From Octopus bimaculoides (taxonomy: Eukaryota), in contig NC_068994.1 of NCBI RefSeq assembly GCF_001194135.2, positions 5,301,757 to 5,343,994 of the forward strand: a DNA stretch of 42,238 nucleotides, read 5' to 3'. The position numbers were made by a program, and so were the translations under genes. The notes under the pieces were generated by a model that saw only the letters and a program-made list of their open reading frames with translations, had not been told where the DNA came from and made no database searches. How positions within the stretch are numbered: position 1 is the stretch's first letter; the number at the start of each line of letters is the position of its first letter. Below are positions 1 through 42,238 of this stretch, one piece after another.

Positions 1-32352
<32,352 letters not shown>

Positions 32353-32660
32353 AATTAATAAATATTTGGCAATACTGCACTTTGAATATGCGAAGTATAC
32401 AGTACATGGGAGAAAGTTTAAGCCCGGATGAACAATATTTGTATGCTATAAATATTACATATAACCGTACTATATGATGATCCCTATTGTTTGGTAATAT
32501 ATGACACTCCTAGCAGAATGACTGTTCAATATGAGCCCAATCTGAAAACATCACTGATTCAAGCCACTAAAATGGGTTGTTTCGGAACAAATTCTTAAAC
32601 ACCTAAACCAATATTATACTTGAAACCTATTTATAATCATTGAACATGTTATAAGCATTA

Positions 32661-32666
32661 AATAAA
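32661..32666 (+). promoter_or_regulatory. Candidate polyadenylation signal of the PTP-like gene
   Basis: AATAAA about 310 nt after the stop. Others occur at 32357 and 32888; the DNA is AT-rich, so specificity is low. Confidence 0.3.
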
Positions 32667-32924
32667 CATTCATGCACAGGAAAAAATTGTTAACACGTTA
32701 ATTACACTGGGAGTCATTCAGTAGCGTCTACGAATGACCTGTATAAAATTTTGAAGCAAAATACACACAAAACTATACGTATGCAATGTATATGAGTATA
32801 AATATAATATATAAATAAATTAATATATATATGTGTGTGTAGACTTACAATATATCCTATTGTTAAGAAAATTTTACACAATCATTCAATAAAACTCAAA
32901 TGGGATAAGGAGTACACGCTTTAT

Positions 32925-33274
32925 CCGCCTAAACAGTGCAACGGGACCTACTTGGTAGTCAAGTCCCTGATGTCCCACTTTATTTAGGCCACCATAGTTA
33001 CGGGGTACGGAAGGGGGGGGGGATAAATTCATTTCGAAGGATGCACCTTTATCCCTCGATGTCAGACATGCCGTTTAACATCCGCAGATCGCCATGTCCA
33101 TTAACACATCCCAAGGCCAAACACTATCGGTGGCGGTCATCCATTTGGGGGAGCCGTGCTTTTCACACGGGCAAATTTATGTGGCCTGCTCCCGTGTGGG
33201 GAGTAGAAACGCTCTTTTTTGTGTATGCTCCTCAGGGCAGAACACGCAATGTTGTCTATAGCGAAGGTTTATAG
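32925..33274 (+). mobile_element. Helitron RepHel (PIF1-like helicase) C-terminal remnant, frameshifted
   Basis: CNGTYLVV..L...I*ATIVTG; SDMPFNIRR; AMSINTSQGQTL....LGEPCFSHGQIYVACSRVGS....VYAPQGRTRNVVYSEGL*. Confidence 0.9.
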
Positions 33275-34329
33275 ACGTAGAAAGAAGAACAAGTCATCAN
33301 NNNNNNNNNNNNNNNNNNNNNNNNNNNNNNNNNNNNNNNNNNNNNNNNNNNNNNNNNNNNNNNNNNNNNNNNNNNNNNNNNNNNNNNNNNNNNNNNNNNN
33401 NNNNNNNNNNNNNNNNNNNNNNNNNNNNNNNNNNNNNNNNNNNNNNNNNNNNNNNNNNNNNNNNNNNNNNNNNNNNNNNNNNNNNNNNNNNNNNNNNNNN
33501 NNNNNNNNNNNNNNNNNNNNNNNNNNNNNNNNNNNNNNNNNNNNNNNNNNNNNNNNNNNNNNNNNNNNNNNNNNNNNNNNNNNNNNNNNNNNNNNNNNNN
33601 NNNNNNNNNNNNNNNNNNNNNNNNNNNNNNNNNNNNNNNNNNNNNNNNNNNNNNNNNNNNNNNNNNNNNNNNNNNNNNNNNNNNNNNNNNNNNNNNNNNN
33701 NNNNNNNNNNNNNNNNNNNNNNNNNNNNNNNNNNNNNNNNNNNNNNNNNNNNNNNNNNNNNNNNNNNNNNNNNNNNNNNNNNNNNNNNNNNNNNNNNNNN
33801 NNNNNNNNNNNNNNNNNNNNNNNNNNNNNNNNNNNNNNNNNNNNNNNNNNNNNNNNNNNNNNNNNNNNNNNNNNNNNTATATATATATATATATTTATAT
33901 ACATATATGTATGTATACATATACACACACAGAGACGCATACACATTTATACATGTATATACTCGTATGTGTATATATATATATGTATATACATATATAA
34001 TGATGTGTATGTGTGTGTGTGTGTTTCTTTGTATTGTCTGTATATTTATACATGTATATAGATGGATAGAGCGGTTTTAAACGAAAGAGGGAGAGAGGAA
34101 AACAGAAAGAGATAGATAGACAACGAGGCGAGACGCAAAGAGACAGACCGTGGTCTGAGAATGATATAAAAAGAAAATACCAATATTTCACGTACGTTAT
34201 TCACTGAACAGTAGTTATACATTTGTTTTTCAATCCACTTGATCTTTCTGTATAGTACGTCTGCCAAACATTCTATGTACGTATTGGGCTTCCACATACT
34301 AAAAAGCCTATTTTGAAGGATAAAAAATA

Positions 34330-34680
34330 GCCAAACTCTAAAACCCGAACCTTAACCCTAAATCCCTAAAGCTAAAACCAGTACAAACGCACGAACGATG
34401 TCATAAATAACAGTGACAAACGAAAAATATACCGCTGATAGTTGTTGTTGACAACGGATAGTTCTTGTTGACAAACAACGGGACTAATTTTATTCAAGGG
34501 AAAAAATCCCGTAACACCGTTGTTTATATTCCACGGCGTAATTGATTTCACCTCAATAGACGTCAGTGATTGGTTGAAATTACCGAAATACGACAATTTT
34601 TTACATGAAATAATTTCGAATACAACATTTTTTATCTGTTCTATAACACAAAATATACAAATATTCGAAGTTTGAAAGTG
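34330..34680. repeat. Unclassified DNA-transposon-like repeat with telomere-like (aaccct) motifs
   Basis: ctaaaacccgaaccttaaccctaaatccctaaa followed by gacgtcagtgattggttgaaatt; family assignment is not possible by eye. Confidence 0.3.
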
Positions 34681-35586
34681 TTTCGGTACCAAAAACACNN
34701 NNNNNNNNNNNNNNNNNNNNNNNNNNNNNNNNNNNNNNNNNNNNNNNNNNNNNNNNNNNNNNNNNNNNNNNNNNNNNNNNNNNNNNNNNNNNNNNNNNNN
34801 NNNNNNNNNNNNNNNNNNNNNNNNNNNNNNNNNNNNNNNNNNNNNNNNNNNNNNNNNNNNNNNNNNNNNNNNNNNNNNNNNNNNNNNNNNNNNNNNNNNN
34901 NNNNNNNNNNNNNNNNNNNNNNNNNNNNNNNNNNNNNNNNNNNNNNNNNNNNNNNNNNNNNNNNNNNNNNNNNNNNNNNNNNNNNNNNNNNNNNNNNNNN
35001 NNNNNNNNNNNNNNNNNNNNNNNNNNNNNNNNNNNNNNNNNNNNNNNNNNNNNNNNNNNNNNNNNNNNNNNNNNNNNNNNNNNNNNNNNNNNNNNNNNNN
35101 NNNNNNNNNNNNNNNNNNNNNNNNNNNNNNNNNNNNNATATATATATATATATATATATATACACATGCACGTGAGCAGACACGCACACATAACCAGACA
35201 CACACATAATCACTGTGTCTCTCTGCGTCTCGCTCTTTCTCTCTTTTGTCCGTCCGTCCGTCTGTCTCTCTCACTCACACGCAATTACTATACCCATAAA
35301 TGAAGACACATATACATAACATGAGCAGTGATATACAGATATATATACTCATGCGGAAAAACCAACCAAATGACACATTTAACCGCAGGTAAGTATATGG
35401 GTTAAACGTAAGTCTGCGGTAAATGAGGGTTTAGAGAAAAAGTAAACGGCAGTTGGATAACAGAGCACGGGATTAATATATCTATCGATATATATAGAGA
35501 GAGGAAGGGAAAGAGAGAGGAGAGAAAGGCAAAGAGAGAGAGAGGGGAAGAGAGAAAAAGAAAGAGAGAGAGAGAGGAAGAGAGAA

Positions 35587-35631
<45 letters not shown>

Positions 35632-36993
35632 GAGTGAGAGAGAGAGAGAGTGTGCTGGACAGGTAGTTAGCTTGACAGAGAACGAATGGAGAGGTAAATA
35701 GATCAAGTGATTTGAGAGAGACGGGATCCGAGAAAGATATACAAAGCTGATACTTAAATTTCACATATATTAATCAATGAACAGTAGTTATACATTTGTT
35801 TCTCAATCCATATAACTTTTGCTCTATATTACCTCTGCCTATTATTCTGTGGATGTACTGGGTCTCCACACGCTTATTAGCATATGCGGAAAGTAACGAA
35901 ACGGCGACATGCAACGTTAGTCTTTCCAATGAAATGCAGTGCTAGGTTGCATTTTACATCACCCTTTTAATATCAAAAGATATAACATTCTTGTAATTAA
36001 ATTACAACTTCTTTCCATTTCCTGCACGTAAATGGATTGAAGTATGCCATGTATAAGACAAACACTATATCGAAATATCAAAATCATACAAAGATTTCAG
36101 AGATATGGACGTTGGTATGCATTGTAACATACCCTCCGACAATATGTTTTTATTGAAATGAGAATGGACAGCAAAGAAATATCGCTGTTGTAAAATTAAA
36201 GGAAGAAATTTCCATGTAAATGAGGAAGATTGAAATACTATATAAAAAGTATTATTGTTTTGCAACATGTAGTTCTTGAACCTCACATGTCAAATTAATA
36301 ACGATAGGAGAATGGATAAAGTGTGGATTATACTTGACTGGAAGAAATCTTTCTACATACCCAACATAACGTATATTATTATAAAGTAGACCAGGGAAAC
36401 GTTTGGTTATCTTCAAATTTCTTATAGTAAGATAAAGACTAAAGAAGAACTGAAAAAGTTTATACATTGTGTGATTTTGAAAGGACTTACAGTATTTAAA
36501 TGGAATATCAGCAGCGGTGTAAATTTGTTTCATCTGTTCTTGCTTATCAATAGGTAGCAGACGATAAGAGAATTTAGAAGTGCGCATGCGTCAAACTGTT
36601 TTCCCATCATGCCTTGTTGTCATTGACAACAGTGAGCGTTTCTATATGCAGTTCAACAAGATTCTTTGCATTAATGGAGATATGTAATGTTTGAGAACAT
36701 CTCAGATCATCCTAAAATATTAGGAATTTATATGTAGATTCTATATTATATAATGTTTAACATTTGAACGGCGTCGCATTTATTAAGGGGCAGCAACTCT
36801 GTTTGTATGTGTGTTTGATATACGTGTATATATTTATATATACTCACACACGCACACACACAGTGTTGGCACCGTTTTTTAAAAATTTTGGAATCTATCT
36901 TTTTCGAGAATTCTATTTTAGAATCACTTTGCAATGTATTTTCTTTTTTCTATTTAACTTCACTTAATTTTTGTTTATTTTCAGATCATTTAC

Positions 36994-37217
36994 ATCGAAT
37001 GTCAACTTAAGAAAAAAAAAAAAACGAGCATTTTCGACACCTCCTTCTTTTTGCTTTTTATTAAGGTTCTAAGGTCGCAAAAGCTGCTCGCGATATTTGT
37101 GCTGTGCATGGAGAGGGGGCCATAGCTGAAAGAACTGCTCGTGATTGGTATGTCAAGTTCAAAAATGGAAATTTTGACCTCAAAAACTCACCACGCTCTG
37201 GCCGTCCCGTTGAGTTC
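36994..37217 (+). mobile_element. Mariner transposase N-terminal HTH remnant
   Basis: (M)ECQLKK..EHFRHLLLFAF..GSKVAKAARDICAVHGEGAIAERTARDWYVKFKNGNFDLKNSPRSGRPVEF. Confidence 0.9.
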
Positions 37218-37704
37218 TTTTAATTCAAGATTAAATTATGTTCCACTTGTGCTACCTCAAAGAACAGAATGTACAATTTACTCCATTTCTATATATGTGT
37301 CCGTCCTACGATACAGTTCCTTTCGAAATGAGTTTATGATACGACGCTGAAAAACTAAAGCAAAAAAGGAATATCGTTATCCGCCGCTCTTGTTCACCTT
37401 CAAGTCTAGTTATCTCGCCTGATCTCATGCATTCAATCTACATTAACACATACTGTCGTAAAAGAACGTTTTCTAAGACGCAATCCGGCAGCTATGCATG
37501 CCTCATCGATATGTCATCAATTATATATATATGTATGTATGTATGTGTGTGTGTGTGTGTGTGTATGTCTGTGTGTGTGTCTATTGTATTTTGAACTAAT
37601 GGGTTTGTGTTGATGTGCTGAGTAAAACACTGGCACGTTTTGTGCTACCTCGTGTCATCAGCAGTTAGGTTATATTTCCGTTGGAGCGACTTAAATATAT
37701 ATAC

Positions 37705-38065
37705 ACTTTTACTCTTTTACACGTTTCAGTCAATTGACTGCGACCATGCTGGAGCATCGCCTTTAATCGAAGAAATCGATCCCAGGACTTATTCTTTGTA
37801 AGCCTAGTACTTATTCTAACGTCTCTTTTGCCATACCGCTATGTTTCAGGGACACAAACGCACCAACATTGGTTGTCAAGACACACACATAAATACATAC
37901 ACATATACATATACACGACGGACTTCTTACTGTTTCCGTTTCCCAAATGCATACACAAATCTTTGGTCAGCCGGAGGCTAGAGTAGAAGACATTAGCCTA
38001 AGTTTCACGCAGTGGCCCTGAACACAGAACCATGTGCTTGGGAGGCACACTTCATTCTACACAGA
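37705..38065 (-). mobile_element. Diverged SINE (25761 family)
   Basis: tactcttttacacgtttcagtcaattgactgcgaccatgctggagc...aggacttattctttgtaagcctagtac...cctgaacacagaaccatgtg. Confidence 0.85.
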
Positions 38066-39860
38066 CATACCTAGCACAATATATGGCTTTAACTAATCCT
38101 GCAGTACTCACAGAAAAAAAGCTTCCTTGGTGGACCAGGCTATAAACTACATATTAAACCAATATAAAGGGTGTAATTTCTAGACCTATGGAGCTGAAAT
38201 CCACTAAATCCAATCATGACTGATTATTTAATTAGGAGTACATAAAATATAATCACCTCGTATCTGCTGTCTTTCTTTATACTAGCAAATCTACCCATCT
38301 ACGATGGAGGCATAAAGTGAGGATGGAAAGTCATAAGAGCAGTATGTATTGAGAAATGTGTAAATGGACTTGATAGATTACTGGGTGAAATCTTAGAGAA
38401 ATTACATTATTGTTGGTGATACAGCATTCAATTGCAGCTACACGACTGAGATTTGATGACGATTCACTCCCGAACTGAAATAGGCTCCCAGCCTCAGTAT
38501 CATGAATGGTTATGTGGGCCACTCCTAACGAAAGCCAGAGCTTCCTTCGACTACTACATAAATATTAAGAAAAATATGTTATTTAGATGTACTTATATTT
38601 TAGCTGTTTACACTATTTTACGCTTGTTTATACTCTTATACATTCAAAGTTCACAAATATCCTTATTTAGTTTATGAATCATATTCCTTTCGATAATATC
38701 AATGTGATTACAAAAGGTCTTTGTAGACGATATTTTCTGTTTGGTCGACACTAATTTTCAAATTACCCTAGTCCGTTGGTCTACTCAGAGCGACGTATAA
38801 CTGGCATTGTGTAAACATCAGCGTGGCTAGAAATACACATACACGATCTAAAGTCTGGCCCTGTGCCTTGTTTGTTGTGAATGCGCGATCAGAATCTTTA
38901 GGAATCTGCTCATCTACGATGGGAAATAAACAGATAGTTTCGCAAATCCAAACCCTCTAAATTCACAAAATATTCGAAGCGGGTGGATCAAGAGTTAATA
39001 CTCGTCGCCTGAATTTTATTAACAAAATATCAAAGGTAATTTATTAATACAAAACTCAATATCCACTAGATAATCATACTTTTCTACACTTTTCGCTAAA
39101 AACCTTCCTGATTACCTCTGTAACCCCGAAAAACATCGTAACCATTAATCCTGCTGTGTGACTGTGAAAAGAGAACAGACAGACAGACGGACATAACGCC
39201 CATTATAATAAGATTTTACACATACATACATACATACATACATACATACATACATACATACATGCATACATACATGCATACATACATACATACATACATG
39301 CATACATACATAAGAAGCCGGCAGGAAATAGCGAGCCATCAAACAAGGGACCAAACATGACATAAAGTGGACAAACAAACAATAAATATGCAATACAGAA
39401 AGTGAACTTATCAACATGAACGAAATATGATTCCAGATGAGATAATTAGTGGACGGACGATGGACAAAAACGAAAAAAAAAAAAAGATAAAATGTCGGCA
39501 TACGAAAAAACTAAAATAAATAAACAGAATACGGCCTTTAGATCAGACAGGAGACGGGAATATTGGTTGATACCTGTAGGAATATCCTAAAGGATTAGAA
39601 ACATAAGGATAACAAATAGACAATGACAATGGTTGAAAGTGGAAGAGTAGAGAAAATACAACCAGTCACTTCGGCGGTCAGCGAGAAATGGAAAGGGGAG
39701 AGAGAGAATAAAAGATGACGATGACCACGGATCACGTGTCGGCAGTAGGAGGGAGAAAAGCTGTAGAGGGCAGAGAGACACTGAACGAGCATAGTGATAA
39801 GGCAGAAGAGAGGGGAAGATATCAGGACAGAAGTTTAGAGATGGAAGGGTAGAGAGAAAG

Positions 39861-39907
<47 letters not shown>

Positions 39908-41427
39908 AAGGGGGAAGAGAAAGAGAGACATGATGAAAGGGAGAGAAAGGAAGAGGAAGATTAGGAATAGGCTAGTCATACGAAAATATCAAGTCACAGA
40001 AATGGAAACTTTGTGGAGCCTGTCAGAAATATCTACATGTGTACACAGGTAGTGCATTTTTGAGCTCATGTGTTATGTTTAGGAAAGTAAAGATTAACGT
40101 GACCAGTAAAATATAAAATGTGATTTCAATGCATTATATGTAAATGAAAACCTTGCCATGATATCACGTACATGTCTGAGTGCATATCAACAATTCTCAG
40201 TGGATATGAAACAAAGTTAGAAGCAGGATTGCAAATGGTAAACAGATGACTAATCAAATCCTCATCCTAGCTCATATGTTTATTGTTATATAACTCAACT
40301 AAAGCATAATGATTTAGTTGACGTAAACAGTATGGAAGTCTACCAGAATGTCCTGAACCTGTTTTGGGTTTATGCCTAACCTCTCGTCTAGTTTAACACC
40401 ACCACACAGGAATGAAATGCTACCATTCAGACCAGGCCATGATCTGGTTATAACTCGACCATTCTTCAAAACACTTTTGGAAGCACTGAAGATATGCAAG
40501 GGTCCTGTCTTGATACATCTGACCCAGCATTAAAACAAATAATGTGTAGCTCAAAGAAGACTAGTACCTGTAGCGTGTGTATGTTTCCCAGCTTAATATG
40601 ATTGAGGTTTAGCTGCTACATGCAAATTACCGAGAAGAGAAATTTTCCAAATGATTTTCCTTCTAGTAAGGAGAGACTCAAAACCGTTTTAGTTCAGTAT
40701 TTACTAAATGATAAACAGGAATATGAGAACACTGATGTGTCTATCAGAGAGATATAATCAAAGTAGAAGCCACTTGCAAATGTTTAACGAATTACTTGAG
40801 AGATGCTCTCTAAAACACTTGTGTACGAAACAAGGCTACCACTCCAAATATGTCAGTATTGCTGTAATGAGAGTCACAAATAAAACCTGTATATTCACAT
40901 CTCTGAGTTTCATTATGAGAATCTTGGAATATGTTCTGGACATGTTATAGATCTGTAGTCAGCATAAAATATCGTCAGAAGTTATGAAACGTTCATTTAT
41001 AGCAAATGTGAAATTTTGGCAATATGGGTTTACATGCAGAGGTCGCGCGTAACAAATCGTGATTGTTCCCTTTTGGAAAAATTAAATGAAACGAGCTCAT
41101 TGTGTCCTCAACAAAGGCTGTTGTCGGGATAAGTTTTAATGCAAGTATACAAGCCCAGCATGTGATTTCAAGGATGACACACGATAAAATCTACGTACCG
41201 TGAGCACAAAAAATATGTAGAAAAGGTAAGAAGGTAAGAAAAGGGTAAGAAGGTAAGAAGAAAAAGGAAAGAAGGAAGGATATTAATGTATACAAAGAAG
41301 TGTGTAAGAGAGATAACCAATTCTTGATGGTACAAAAACTGAAAGAATGTGAGACAGAACCTTTCAAAGTATTGCTAAGACAGAGTGGATCAGTCAAATG
41401 GTGGGCGTAACGTACTTTATTTTCGGG

Positions 41428-41480
<53 letters not shown>

Positions 41481-42012
41481 NNNNNNNNNNNNNNNNNNNN
41501 NNNNNNNNNNNNNNNNNNNNNNNNNNNNNNNNNNNNNNNNNNNNNNNNNNNNNNNNNNNNNNNNNNNNNNNNNNNNNNNNNNNNNNNNNNNNNNNNNNNN
41601 NNNNNNNNNNNNNNNNNNNNNNNNNNNNNNNNNNNNNNNNNNNNNNNAGATTGAAGAACTTCAGGTGCTGGAGTGGATTATCAGAACTGTTTTGCAATAG
41701 GGCATTCGAGATAAGTTGTGTGCACTGACAAGAAGCCAATTAATTCCCACAAAGATGCATATATATATATATGTGGCTGTGCATGTATGTCCGTGTGTTT
41801 GTGTGTTTGCATGTGTCTATGCGTGTGTGCGTGTCTGTGTGTGTATATGTGTGTGTAGCATGAGTGTGCGTGCGTTTCTGCGTGTTAGACCTCAACATCT
41901 ATAATGGTGAAATTTGAGTTGCCAACTAAAGAGGGTAACTTAAAACTTCGTGACTCATGACATGTACATATGGGTGTGCGATTGTGCTAAAATGTATACA
42001 TGCATGCGTGTG

Positions 42013-42044
<32 letters not shown>

Positions 42045-42168
42045 CGTCTTTTCAATACATGCGTATCTGTATATGTTTGTATGTATGTATTTATGAATGT
42101 GCATGTTAATGACGGATCGAGTGAGAAGAAGGGATGCTGAATAACTGAGAGAGTGTGCGAGAGAGAGA

Positions 42169-42238
<70 letters not shown>

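Overview
AT-rich, microsatellite-dense, gapped animal scaffold. The SINE types, R4/Dong LINEs and repeat landscape suggest an octopus (inference). The main feature is the 3' part of a + strand, tandem-domain protein tyrosine phosphatase (RPTP-like) gene, which I reconstructed as 17 GT-AG exons from <1 to 32352 with consistent phases (about 879 codons visible). Both PTP domains lack the catalytic cysteine: the D1 P-loop reads VVQSSNGVGRSG, with KNRD, WPE and IEN replacing KNRY, WPD and the Q-loop Gln; D2 reads VHGSDGMKKSG. The region upstream of D1 has a 72-bp coding tandem repeat and four ITIM-consensus motifs, so the product looks like a pseudophosphatase scaffold. The intron that splits the D1 P-loop codons holds a Penelope/retrozyme-like repeat with a sense-strand minimal type I hammerhead ribozyme (two copies with covarying stem I) and a 263-nt palindrome. 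Other introns and the downstream region contain R4/Dong, RTE and CR1-like LINE pieces, tRNA-derived SINEs (some as inverted pairs), mariner and Helitron remnants, a pre-miRNA-like hairpin and a decayed antisense His/Thr-rich reading frame.
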